Virus record (IMG/VR): IMGVR_UViG_3300045999_004281 | Span: 1,819 to 65,818 of that record | DNA from: a virus | Taxonomy: Duplodnaviria; Caudoviricetes | Direction: 5' to 3' (one strand) | Length of the DNA stretch: 64,000 nucleotides | Part shown: positions 28,482-37,135 of the stretch, one piece after another | How positions within the stretch are numbered: the stretch's first letter is position 1 | Layout of the letters: every line of letters starts with the position of its first letter | The notes under the pieces: generated by a model | What the model saw: the letters and a program-made list of their open reading frames with translations, nothing else | Told to the model about the DNA's origin: nothing | The model's database searches: none | Made by a program: the position numbers and the translations under genes

Positions 28482-28691
28482 GAGCCGATTGTAGCGGTTC
28501 GTTCGCCAGACGCGCAATCCTCGTATCCCGTCCTCGATTACTACTTTAATGATCACGCGGTAGCCCAGCCGCCGCATCTTGGCCTCGATGCGGGCGCGGC
28601 CCTCCTCGTCATGGATACACGGCACGAAGAAGGAGCTGCCCACGGTGAACTCGGGCCAGTTGATCTGGTAGGTGATCCCGTCAATCACCAT
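28473..28691 (-). CDS. Small hypothetical protein
   Basis: INWPEFTVGSSFFVPC...GIRGLRVWR; start overlaps primase end. Confidence 0.7.
   Translation of the reverse strand: MVIDGITYQINWPEFTVGSSFFVPCIHDEEGRARIEAKMRRLGYRVIIKVVIEDGIRGLRVWRTNRYNRLAS
28488..28517 (-). promoter_or_regulatory. Sigma70-type promoter for candidate sRNA
   Basis: TTGCGC (28517-28512), 18 nt, TACAAT (28493-28488). Confidence 0.55.
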
Positions 28692-31539
28692 TTCCCGCCG
28701 GGGCAGCCGGGGCCACGCCCAGCAGGTCCGCATCAAACTCAAGGGCCACAACCGGCGGCGCATTGATCTCAGTGCCCACATCCAGCCGGGTGCGGACTTC
28801 GCCGAGGAACGCCCCGGTCTTGTTGAGCGCGGCCAGCAGGTCGATGAACGTGACCTGCTTGGTCACACAGTACTCCTTAAGTACCTGCCTGATGATGTAC
28901 AGCCGCTTGGTGTCCGGCTCGTAGCGCACGATCAGCGGGCCACGCGGCAGGACGATCGGAGCGGCGGCGATGTTGTTACGTGATGTGCTGTGCTTGTTTA
29001 CGACGAGGATGTTCAGGTTGTGTTGCAGCAAGAACTCGCCGACGATGGTGGCGTAGTCCTCGATACTCAGGCGGACCGCGCCTTGCATCGTTTTGACTTC
29101 TTCGACCACCCAATCAAATACGCGTTTGGTATTAATACCGTGTAGCCCGAGCTGCTTGCCAGCGATCAAGCTGCCCGCGATGTTGGCCGCCACGGTGGCT
29201 GACCAGAACCGCTCCCGCGTCTCGATGTTGACCGCCTCGTCGAACTTCTTCTGGACGCGCATGCAGTTGTCGATGCACTCCTCGAGGTTCTGGACGAGGT
29301 ACTGTGCGTAGGGCTGCCCGGCCAGTCCGTAGTTACTCTGCAATCTGCCGAAGATCCGCTTGGCCTCGCGCTTGTCGAGGTTCTGGGTCGGGTCGATCTT
29401 GTACTGCATCAGGCGCATCAGCTCGCCCTCGGACGTGGCCTTGAGCGCTTCGAGCTTGTCGGTCATGCTGGCGTTGGCGGTGCACACCATGATGGTGGCC
29501 CAGAACCCCTGCACATCCCGCTCCTCGTTGGCCGACGCCTTCATCCGGCGGCGCGGTGTGCCCTGTGTCACGCTATAGGCCAGATCCGAGAACTCGTCCC
29601 CGGTCATCTTGGTGATCTCGTCCACGCCCAGCGGCAGGTTGTTCATGACCGCCATCCGGTGCAGCTTCACGTTCAGGGTGTCGCGCCACTGGAGCATCAG
29701 CTCATCGGGGTGCCCCCAGACGCTGTTCATCACCTGCAGGATCGTGGACTTGCCGGTACCCGAGCGGTTATTGATCAGGTTGATGATGCTGCCCTTGATC
29801 CCCATGAACTTGAGCAGCGGCGCACCGAAGGCCGAGAATACCGCGAACGCGTGGGGCTCGAACCCCGGCATGTTGTAGGTGTTGATGATGTCCCGCCACT
29901 CATCCAAGCTGCCGGTCGGGCGCAGCGCCGAGGCTACGCTCTGGGTGGCCTTGGACGGAGGGCTGTAGCGAATGAAACTCGGGCCGATCTCGCGATCACC
30001 CAGAATGAAGCGGCTGTCCTCGTCGGCCCAGCCAAACTGAACCCGCATCATTTCTAACTCCTGTTCGACCTGCAGTTCCTTGGCGCAGGCGACCAAGTAG
30101 TTCAGGATCAGATTCATCTGTGCTGGCAGGGCGATCACACCGTGGAAGGACAGCACCTTGCGTAGCTCGTCCTTGCTTAGCGCGTCGACCAGCGTCAGCG
30201 AGAACTCTTTGACTTTATCTTTGGGCAGCGACAGGCGGATCAAGACCGTCTCGCCGTGCGACGGGTCGTACAGCCGCTTGGTGATGAAGAGGTCGTACTC
30301 GTAGACCAGCGCGAAGCCGGTGCCCTCGGTATCCTCTTCGCTCTCGGCCTTGACGGTCATATAGATGCCGCCCTTCTTGCCGCGAAAGTACCGCCCCGGG
30401 AGCTTGGGTACGACGAAGGTGTTGTCGGCCGTGGGGTCGGCGACCTCAAAGTTCGTCACGCCCGCCGGAGCGGCTACGACCTCCCCCGGCTCAGACCTCG
30501 CGATCTCGTGTCCGAGCACGATGGGGGACTTGATCTTGCCCCAGTGCGGGCAGTTCGGGCAGATGCCCGGCGAGAACTCATCGAAGGTGTCGCAGGTGTA
30601 GGGCCCCTTGATCGCAGCGGCCTTCTTCTCGGTAGCGGCTGCGTCGTACCCGGGGTGCTTGCTGGAGATGAAGTGGACCGCTTTCTCCCTGTCCACGCAG
30701 TGCTGAGCGATGGACAGCCCCGCCCGCCACATCGGCTCGTCGGCCTTGTGCTGGTTGGTGATGATGTACTTGAGCTGCTCGCACCCGGTGCCCTTCTCGG
30801 TCTTGAGAAGGATGGTCTTGAACCGAGACTGCTTGTTGCCCATCAGCGCCTTGGTGAAGCTGTCGAGCTGGCTGGTCGCGTTGGGCTTTTTGCGTGGCTG
30901 CAGCGGGCCCAGCTTGGCGACGAAGTCGTCGTAGCTCATGGGCTCGGCGCGGTGCATGAGCACCACGTCGTGCGGTGGGTTGTCTTTGAAGTTCTTGGTT
31001 CCCGGGATGCGCAGCACTCGTGCCGCGTCAGCGGGAACATCAGGGTCGATGTGGAAGCCATGGCTCATGCACTGAGCCTTGAACGTGTGCGCAGCGTCGA
31101 GCCACTTCTCGCGCTCGATCGGCTCGGTCAGCGGCCAGTAGACGTGCCAGCCTCGGCCGGAGTTCACGATGGTTGGGCGTGGCAGCGACAACGCCTTGCA
31201 CAACTCCTTGAGTGCCGCGAACCCAGTGGGCTGATCGATGTAGCCCTTGATCCGCCCACGCTCATCAGGCTCAGCCTTGGTCGGGCCGCAGTCGATGTCG
31301 AGGAAGAAGGACTGCATCCAGCCGCAGTTGTCGGCGGTGCGGTTCTCATCGGTCTTGAACTTGCCCACGGCGAAGAACGCGTCTTGCCCGGCTGCAACAA
31401 TCTTGTCTGCGGCTGCTTCGACTTCTTCAAGAGTCTTGTAGTGTGATTGTGATTTGATCTTCCCCTTGTACAGGGCGACCACGCAATACCATCCCTCCAC
31501 CGATGGCACTACGTCACGAAGCAATTGGATGTCCGCCAT
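28681..31539 (-). CDS. Primase-helicase (N-terminal prim-pol-type primase, DUF927-like region, P-loop helicase)
   Basis: FFLDIDCG, SGRGWHVYW, RVLRIPGT; CPNCPH; Walker A RSGTGKST; Walker B LGVDEIT. Confidence 0.88.
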   Translation of the reverse strand: MADIQLLRDVVPSVEGWYCVVALYKGKIKSQSHYKTLEEVEAAADKIVAAGQDAFFAVGKFKTDENRTADNCGWMQSFFLDIDCGPTKAEPDERGRIKGYIDQPTGFAALKELCKALSLPRPTIVNSGRGWHVYWPLTEPIEREKWLDAAHTFKAQCMSHGFHIDPDVPADAARVLRIPGTKNFKDNPPHDVVLMHRAEPMSYDDFVAKLGPLQPRKKPNATSQLDSFTKALMGNKQSRFKTILLKTEKGTGCEQLKYIITNQHKADEPMWRAGLSIAQHCVDREKAVHFISSKHPGYDAAATEKKAAAIKGPYTCDTFDEFSPGICPNCPHWGKIKSPIVLGHEIARSEPGEVVAAPAGVTNFEVADPTADNTFVVPKLPGRYFRGKKGGIYMTVKAESEEDTEGTGFALVYEYDLFITKRLYDPSHGETVLIRLSLPKDKVKEFSLTLVDALSKDELRKVLSFHGVIALPAQMNLILNYLVACAKELQVEQELEMMRVQFGWADEDSRFILGDREIGPSFIRYSPPSKATQSVASALRPTGSLDEWRDIINTYNMPGFEPHAFAVFSAFGAPLLKFMGIKGSIINLINNRSGTGKSTILQVMNSVWGHPDELMLQWRDTLNVKLHRMAVMNNLPLGVDEITKMTGDEFSDLAYSVTQGTPRRRMKASANEERDVQGFWATIMVCTANASMTDKLEALKATSEGELMRLMQYKIDPTQNLDKREAKRIFGRLQSNYGLAGQPYAQYLVQNLEECIDNCMRVQKKFDEAVNIETRERFWSATVAANIAGSLIAGKQLGLHGINTKRVFDWVVEEVKTMQGAVRLSIEDYATIVGEFLLQHNLNILVVNKHSTSRNNIAAAPIVLPRGPLIVRYEPDTKRLYIIRQVLKEYCVTKQVTFIDLLAALNKTGAFLGEVRTRLDVGTEINAPPVVALEFDADLLGVAPAAPAGNGD

Positions 31540-31563
31540 TTTTATCCAGAAACGTCAAGAAGA

Positions 31564-31620
31564 AGGGGGTGACAGGGGCCGACGGTTGCCCCTTTCGCTC
31601 CGTCGAGCTAGTCACCCCCT
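31564..31620 (-). ncRNA. Candidate structured cis-regulatory RNA (three-way junction with kissing loops) in primase leader
   Basis: Perfect 10-bp P1, 6-bp P3, 3-4-bp P2, and 6-nt loop-loop complementarity CGACGG/CCGTCG. Confidence 0.6.
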
Positions 31621-31626
31621 AAACCG

Positions 31627-31851
31627 TCACAAGCCGGGGAAGTTCTGCTCAATCAACCTGCGGTGTGTCGGGCCCGGCTCATTCACACCGGCGAACCAGT
31701 TGTAAACAGCTTGCCTCGACACGCCCAGCAGCTCAACGACTTGAGCCACCGGCACGCCCTGACGGATGCAGTACCTCCCCAACCGTACACCCAGCTTGCG
31801 CTTGTCCGCTTGGCGGTTGCGCTGCTGGAGGTGGAGGGTGTAACCGATCAT
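31627..31851 (-). CDS. Cro/HTH DNA-binding protein
   Basis: VAQVVELLGVSRQAVYNWF helix-turn-helix. Confidence 0.8.
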   Translation of the reverse strand: MIGYTLHLQQRNRQADKRKLGVRLGRYCIRQGVPVAQVVELLGVSRQAVYNWFAGVNEPGPTHRRLIEQNFPGL

Positions 31852-32762
31852 TAGTCGTCACCCCACTCATCCACCAGCGTGCTCAGACCCGAGGCTTTCT
31901 TGGGCTCGGCCGCAGGCTTGGCGGCTTTGGGCTTCTCAACAGGCGTGAACTCTTGGACTGGCTCTTCCACCTGCTTGACCAGCTTGGCGGCAGCGGACCC
32001 GGCAGGGGCCACCAGCTTGGGCATCGCGGGCACAGCCGTCGCTGCGGTGTCTTTCTTCTTGAAGTTCAACTTGCCCGCGTTGACCGCGATGGGCGACTGG
32101 CCCTGATCAACGGCGATCTGGTAGGTGTCGGTGTCGAGGAACTCCAGATTGCTGAAGAACAGCTTGGGCACGTCGCTGTCCAGATCGAACGACATGCGGG
32201 TGGCCAGCATGTTCAGGTTGAAGCCGGAGTTGCCAACGAAGCGGGCGTACTGCAGGAAGGGCATGTGCTCCATGTCACCAGAGCCGAAGATCGACTTGGA
32301 GGGCAGCACCAGTTGGTAGATGTCGCCGCTGGGGTTGTTGGTCAGCACCACGGCCAGACGCATGGAGAAGCGGCACTGGGCCTTGCTGCCACCGCCGGAG
32401 CCCTTGATGGCGCGCGGGCAGTCCTTGCAGTTGTGAGCCTGCGGGTCCTCCACGTCGGCATCCGGGCGCTCACCGTCGCTCGACCAGCAGTCCGGGGTAG
32501 AGGTCTCGTCAGCGTTGTAGTCGCTCTTGTAGAACGTCTTCTGCACGGTGGTCGAACCGTTGACCACGATCACGTCCAGATGCGGGTCGGTGTTCTTGGC
32601 GATCTCCTTGCCGCCGTCGACGAGGCGGAAGACACGCCCGCGAAGCGAGATGCGCTTGACGCTGCCGCCGCTGCTGGTGAACGCCTTGGTGAAGTCGTCC
32701 AGCTTGACGTGCTGCAGATGGGCGGGCAGGTTGCCCTTGAAGGTTTGGATCTCGGTGGACAT
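31851..32762 (-). CDS. Single-stranded DNA-binding protein (phage type)
   Basis: RISLRG..F; PDCWS.DG..PD; C..CP...GSG...CRF; acidic C-terminus DEWGDD; replication module context. Confidence 0.7.
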   Translation of the reverse strand: MSTEIQTFKGNLPAHLQHVKLDDFTKAFTSSGGSVKRISLRGRVFRLVDGGKEIAKNTDPHLDVIVVNGSTTVQKTFYKSDYNADETSTPDCWSSDGERPDADVEDPQAHNCKDCPRAIKGSGGGSKAQCRFSMRLAVVLTNNPSGDIYQLVLPSKSIFGSGDMEHMPFLQYARFVGNSGFNLNMLATRMSFDLDSDVPKLFFSNLEFLDTDTYQIAVDQGQSPIAVNAGKLNFKKKDTAATAVPAMPKLVAPAGSAAAKLVKQVEEPVQEFTPVEKPKAAKPAAEPKKASGLSTLVDEWGDD

Positions 32763-32765
32763 TGC

Positions 32766-33170
32766 TTACTCTCCTTGGTTTTTGCGGCGTACCGTCACCG
32801 CGTAGCGACTATCGACATTCAGCCCGGCAGGGTACTCGTCGGGGTGTTCTTCCAGAAAATCTTTCATGTTGCCGTTGTGGATGCGCTTCTCGAGCAGGCC
32901 GTACGCCTTGTGCTTCTCGATCAGCTTGTACACGGCGTCCCAGTTCGAGGGGTTGTAGCGCTTGCGCACGCTGCGCATGATGACCGCGTTGTCGGTACTC
33001 ATGCTGTTGCTGTTGACCTCGTTGAGGGTGGTGAGCAGTTGGGCCTCGATCTCGGCCATGGCCTTCTCGAGTTCGCCGTCTTCGGCGGTGAATCGCTCTT
33101 TGAGTAGCTCGCGCTTCTGGCGAAGGCGAAGGTATTGCTGGGACAGGTCGTCCATGTCTGACATTTGCAT
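32766..33170 (-). CDS. Conserved replication-module protein
   Basis: Coiled-coil N-terminus; NWDAVYKLI...LLEKRI...PAGLN; AGGAG RBS (start may be 33164). Confidence 0.75.
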   Translation of the reverse strand: MQMSDMDDLSQQYLRLRQKRELLKERFTAEDGELEKAMAEIEAQLLTTLNEVNSNSMSTDNAVIMRSVRKRYNPSNWDAVYKLIEKHKAYGLLEKRIHNGNMKDFLEEHPDEYPAGLNVDSRYAVTVRRKNQGE

Positions 33171-33191
33171 CTCCTAGTGTGAGAGGGTGTA

Positions 33192-33220
33192 ATTGTGTGA
33201 GTCTGTCTGGACTTTGTCAA
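33192..33220 (-). promoter_or_regulatory. Sigma70-type promoter with overlapping dyad
   Basis: TTGACA-17-CACAAT; CTTGACAAAGTCCAG imperfect palindrome over the -35. Confidence 0.6.
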
Positions 33221-34782
33221 GTACCCAGCAGCTCTTTTTTGTAGAGATCGACGAGTTTTTCGTGTGCGTCGATATTGCCCTGCAGCATTGCGTACAGCCG
33301 GTTCTCAACGGGGCTGCCTTGAATGTGCACCACCGTCATGGCGTTGCGCTGACCGGGGCGGTTGATGCGGGCGTTGGCCTGCAGATACGTCTCGGTGGAC
33401 GTGACAGGAGCGTACCAGATCACCGTGTTCGCGGCGGTCAGGGTAACCCCGTGCGCAGCGGACGACGGCTGGATCACAAGAACCCGAGGGTCCGGCTTCT
33501 CTTGGAACTGCTTGAATACTTCCGTGCGCTTTCTCACCGGCACGTCGCCGTGGATCACGTCGTTGGTGATGCCCGCCTTGGTCAGGTGAGCCGCCAGCAG
33601 CTCGATGGTGTGCCGGAACGGCACGAACACCAGCACCTTATGGCTGGCCTCGCTGATGACCTCCTCCACCACGCGCAGCCGCTCGGACACGTCGAAGTGG
33701 ATCACGGTGCCAGTGTCCGTGTACACCGCACCGCCAGAGATCTGCAGCAGCTTGTTCATCTTGGCCGCTGCGTTGACCGCGCTGACTTCCTCGCCACCTG
33801 TCTCGAGTAGTAGTTCGTCTTTCAGCTCTTTGTAGTACTTGCGCTGCTCGGGCGTCATGGCCGCGATGCGCGTCATGTGCGTCACCTCCGGCAGATCCAG
33901 ACACTGCTCCTTGGTGAAGCGGATGGCAGGCTGGAGCATGTCGAAGACGATCTTCTCGGCTTCGGGGCGCGGCTCCCACCGATACATCCCGAACTGCTGC
34001 ATGACCGACTCGCGGAAGTCACCGAAGAATCGAGGGCAGCGGTTGGGGACGCACAGCCTGCCCAGCCCGAACGCATCCACCGGCGACTGGGCGGCGGGGG
34101 TGCCGGTCAGCATCCACAGCCACTTGTCGTCGGTGACCAGCTTGCGCATCAGCTTCCAGCGCTTGGTCTGCACGTTCTTGTATGCGTTGGCCTCGTCGAT
34201 GACGATGAGGTCAAAGCCCCCCTTCTCGATGCTCTCGGAGATGGCGGGAATACCGTCGTAGTTCACGATGACAAACTCGGCCGGGCCACGGACGATCTTG
34301 TTGCGCTTGTCTGCGGTGCCATACGCCACATCGACGGAGCGGTGCACGGCGAACTTAAAGAGGTCCGCCTGCCACGCCGACTGCATGATGGACAGCGGAC
34401 AGACGATCAACGCCCGCTTGATGACGCCCATCTTCATCAGGTAGTCAGCCGCCCAGATGACGCTGGCGGTTTTGCCCGTACCCTGTTCGTTGAAACAGAA
34501 CGCGCGCTTCTGCAGAGTCAGGAACGCCGCCGTCTCCTTCTGGTGATCGAACGGGTTGATGCCCAGCGGGCGCGGCCACTTGTAGTCCCGCGTGATGGTG
34601 GACGGCACGTTCTTGATGTTCAGCTTGCTGAGGATCAGGCTCTCCTGAATCCCCCAGTTGACCGACACCTCGTACCGACCGTCACCGTAGTTGTTGACGA
34701 CCTTGCTCTCCGGGATCGTCTCGATGATCCGGGCAGGGTTGCGGGTTCTTACAACAAGCGTCTTGTTCGCCAGTACTTGCAT
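33217..34782 (-). CDS. SNF2-family (SF2) helicase
   Basis: EQGTGKT, IVIDEAN, LTGTP, HGVTLT, QANARINRPGQ. Confidence 0.92.
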   Translation of the reverse strand: MQVLANKTLVVRTRNPARIIETIPESKVVNNYGDGRYEVSVNWGIQESLILSKLNIKNVPSTITRDYKWPRPLGINPFDHQKETAAFLTLQKRAFCFNEQGTGKTASVIWAADYLMKMGVIKRALIVCPLSIMQSAWQADLFKFAVHRSVDVAYGTADKRNKIVRGPAEFVIVNYDGIPAISESIEKGGFDLIVIDEANAYKNVQTKRWKLMRKLVTDDKWLWMLTGTPAAQSPVDAFGLGRLCVPNRCPRFFGDFRESVMQQFGMYRWEPRPEAEKIVFDMLQPAIRFTKEQCLDLPEVTHMTRIAAMTPEQRKYYKELKDELLLETGGEEVSAVNAAAKMNKLLQISGGAVYTDTGTVIHFDVSERLRVVEEVISEASHKVLVFVPFRHTIELLAAHLTKAGITNDVIHGDVPVRKRTEVFKQFQEKPDPRVLVIQPSSAAHGVTLTAANTVIWYAPVTSTETYLQANARINRPGQRNAMTVVHIQGSPVENRLYAMLQGNIDAHEKLVDLYKKELLGT

Positions 34783-35036
34783 TACTTCATAGACCCATCC
34801 GGGTTCCGTTTGAAGGAGCGGTTCTTGGACGGAGCCTGCAACCGCACACCATCTTTGTTCGAGCCACCTTTGCTCAGCGCCTTGACGTGAGCGACATCTT
34901 TGCCAGTGCGGTCGATGCCCTTAGCGTCCAGCTTGCGGCGGGCGCGCTGGCGCTCCAGCTTGGCGGGGATGTCCCCGCGCTCAAGTTGCTGTTGGTACTC
35001 TTTCTTATACGGGCGGGGTTTGTTGACGTAGGGCAT
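34782..35036 (-). CDS. Small HNH-like endonuclease
   Basis: KDVAHVKALSKGGSN...KNRS. Confidence 0.65.
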   Translation of the reverse strand: MPYVNKPRPYKKEYQQQLERGDIPAKLERQRARRKLDAKGIDRTGKDVAHVKALSKGGSNKDGVRLQAPSKNRSFKRNPDGSMK

Positions 35037-35214
35037 GTTGGTCCTTCATGTGCGCGATGGCGTGGTAGGTAAGACGGGCCTCGGCTGCGGCTTCGAGCGC
35101 GAGCTTCATGGCCTCGTCGTATTTTCCTTCCAGCACCGCGTTGTGTAAATCCCGCAGGGCCTTCTCGGCGGCCATGCACGGGGCGGCGTAGTCAATCAGA
35201 GTGTCTTGCTTCAT
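35005..35214 (-). CDS. Hypothetical protein
   Basis: Operon packing; LIDYAAPCMAAEKALRDLHNA. Confidence 0.65.
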   Translation of the reverse strand: MKQDTLIDYAAPCMAAEKALRDLHNAVLEGKYDEAMKLALEAAAEARLTYHAIAHMKDQHALRQQTPPV

Positions 35215-35468
35215 AGGATTTGTCCTGCTCGTGAGTAAACGGTGAATTGTTTGACGCTGATAAGGCGTTGGGCGTGCGACTTCTTGGACAAGCCCGCCAC
35301 GTGGCTGATGTCGCGACCGTTAATTCGCTCCCGCTCGATGTGTGCGGTCTGCTTGATCGAGTTGTTCAGGGAGTTCTCCAGCTTGGCCGTAACGAAGATC
35401 GACGGGCGGTCATCGTCCTTCCAGTGGAACGGGCTGCCCGGAGGGCATTTGCATTTAGGTTTTGTCAT
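35211..35468 (-). CDS. Hypothetical protein
   Basis: Coupled start (ATGA) at 35468. Confidence 0.55.
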   Translation of the reverse strand: MTKPKCKCPPGSPFHWKDDDRPSIFVTAKLENSLNNSIKQTAHIERERINGRDISHVAGLSKKSHAQRLISVKQFTVYSRAGQIL

Positions 35469-35650
35469 TTCTTCTCGGTAACGGTGGTGCTGGTGTTGGT
35501 GGGGAGTATGCGCGGGCAAATGTCGTTGCCCAGCTTCCGGACTGCTTCTGACATCTCACGTTGCATCTTCATGGTTATATCCGTCAGATCATGACTGTCG
35601 TACACCGCCACCCAGAACCGCACATTTACTTCGTACTCTTTAAGTTCCAT
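35465..35650 (-). CDS. Hypothetical protein
   Basis: GAGGA RBS; start 35650. Confidence 0.55.
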   Translation of the reverse strand: MELKEYEVNVRFWVAVYDSHDLTDITMKMQREMSEAVRKLGNDICPRILPTNTSTTVTEKK

Positions 35651-35987
35651 TTCGTTTTGTCCTCTTCGTCGATATGTTGTTCCGCATCGCAATCGTGCTG
35701 ACCATGTTGTCACTCAGTCCGAAGTCGATCGCGATGGTCGCGTGTTTCTCTCCGGTCTTCAGGCGCTCGATGATCTTTTCGTTTCTCTGTGTCAGCGCCA
35801 CCCGCTTCGCCACCGCCTTCATGTGGGGCGCCATGTGTTTTTTGATCGTCTTCAGGCACCCGTCATCCATTTCGTATGTGGAGAAGCGGTGCTTACAGTG
35901 GGTGCACTCCCTTCTGCGCCTCAGCATCGTCTCTACCATTCGGGTATCCAGCACTGCGGTCTCCCGCCCACATCTCACACAGTTCAT
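35640..35987 (-). CDS. NrdR-like N-terminal Zn-ribbon protein with C-terminal HTH
   Basis: CVRCG..TAVLDTR...RRRRECTHCKHRFSTYE; HATIAIDFGLSDNMVSTI. Confidence 0.75.
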   Translation of the reverse strand: MNCVRCGRETAVLDTRMVETMLRRRRECTHCKHRFSTYEMDDGCLKTIKKHMAPHMKAVAKRVALTQRNEKIIERLKTGEKHATIAIDFGLSDNMVSTIAMRNNISTKRTKRNGT

Positions 35988-36135
35988 CCTCTAGGTTCCC
36001 CATGCACTCGGCCCAACCCAGCAGCATGTACCAGACGTAGTCATTGCGCGGGGTACGTTCAAAACAGAAATGTGCCATCGCCAGATAGTTGTCGGCTGCG
36101 GCCCACCAGCGGCTGCGTTCGTAGTCAGGATGCAT
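35893..36135 (-). CDS. Hypothetical protein
   Basis: GGAGG RBS; overlaps downstream gene by ~95 nt. Confidence 0.4.
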   Translation of the reverse strand: MHPDYERSRWWAAADNYLAMAHFCFERTPRNDYVWYMLLGWAECMGNLEDELCEMWAGDRSAGYPNGRDDAEAQKGVHPL

Positions 36136-36346
36136 CCACCACCTCCAGCAGTTGTTTCTTGCACCGCTCAAGCAGCCACAGAGCCGTGCCACCATCGGCG
36201 TAGGTTGAGGCAAAGAACTCGTCGCCCTCTGGTGTAAGACCCACGATCACAAAACCTTCAAACTTGCCCTTGAGGTTCTCAAGGATGATGTCCGGGTCAA
36301 GGTCTAACCTAGTGATGCCACCGAACGGAATGATCTTGGCTGTCAT
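36125..36346 (-). CDS. Hypothetical protein
   Basis: Coupled start; ITRLDLDPD...FFASTYADGGTALWLLERCK. Confidence 0.7.
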   Translation of the reverse strand: MTAKIIPFGGITRLDLDPDIILENLKGKFEGFVIVGLTPEGDEFFASTYADGGTALWLLERCKKQLLEVVDAS

Positions 36347-36519
36347 GCTTCACTCCCCGCATGAATCCATTTCTTTGGCGAGTAGGCCGCCGCTGACGCA
36401 ACCACCGCCAGCGCAAACCACCAGCCACTGTGGCCCAGCGCGAACACCGCGTAGCCAGTGCCGCCCCAGATCAACGTCTCGTATAACACGATGTAGATTA
36501 GATAGGTCACGTAACTCAC
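36343..36519 (-). CDS. 58-aa membrane protein (not in ORF track)
   Basis: GTG start overlapping upstream stop; two hydrophobic segments (YLIYIVLYETLIWGGTGYAVFAL; WWFALAVVASAAA). Confidence 0.6.
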   Translation of the reverse strand: MSYVTYLIYIVLYETLIWGGTGYAVFALGHSGWWFALAVVASAAAYSPKKWIHAGSEA

Positions 36520-36815
36520 GCTCCCTCCTTCGCGGCTTTGGTGGCGGCGTTCTTCTCAAGCAATTTGTTATTGGCCCACACCATTCCCTTGATGAAAAAA
36601 TCATGGTCGTACATGGGGTCCGCGCCATCCGGCATGTCGTCTTTTTCTAGTCCAGCCCACGCTATCGGTTCCTCGACCTGCTCGGCGCAAACCTGAAGAA
36701 TCCACTGCTTCAGCGCCTCGAACTCGTCCGCCCCCACCCATGAGTGCCGATACTGCTGACAGACCTCGTAGAAGTCTTGCGAGTCGAGCGCCTGCTTCAC
36801 GGCCTCAATGTTCAT
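36516..36815 (-). CDS. Hypothetical protein
   Basis: GGAGG RBS; coupled to neighbours. Confidence 0.6.
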   Translation of the reverse strand: MNIEAVKQALDSQDFYEVCQQYRHSWVGADEFEALKQWILQVCAEQVEEPIAWAGLEKDDMPDGADPMYDHDFFIKGMVWANNKLLEKNAATKAAKEGA

Positions 36816-37135
36816 AGCGTCCTCCCACCACTACTGCTCGCGCACGGCCACGCACGGCGCAGCACCAACCCCACGAGGCGGTCGGCGGTGTTGTGACGGT
36901 TGTCCGGGTTGGCCTCCAAGTAGTTCCTGACCATGTCGGTGACTTGGCCCGCAGTGACGTTGCCCGGAGGGCAGTGCGTGACGCCTTGCAGCGTGTCGTA
37001 GACGCCCGTGATGTAGCCGATGGCGTGGATGTAGTCGGTTGTGTCCCCGCGTAGCTGCGACAACAGTTGGTTGCCAGTCTTGAACTCAGCGTGAGCGGAG
37101 CCGCAGAGGAGAAGCAGGGCGAGTGCGCGTTTCAT
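36812..37135 (-). CDS. Secreted Rap1a/Tai-like immunity-family protein
   Basis: Signal peptide (AHA); TGNQLL...GYITGVYD...CPP...GQVTDMV..YL..NP..RH..A...L..AWPC. Confidence 0.75.
   Translation of the reverse strand: MKRALALLLLCGSAHAEFKTGNQLLSQLRGDTTDYIHAIGYITGVYDTLQGVTHCPPGNVTAGQVTDMVRNYLEANPDNRHNTADRLVGLVLRRAWPCASSSGGRTL

Noticed and set aside
28470-28766. Plus-strand 98-aa ORF with an excellent RBS (AGGAGGAGAAAGCAAATG)
   Set aside because: Fully antisense to two real minus-strand genes with no recognisable protein features. The RBS-like text is better explained as the complement of the candidate sRNA, although translation is not excluded.
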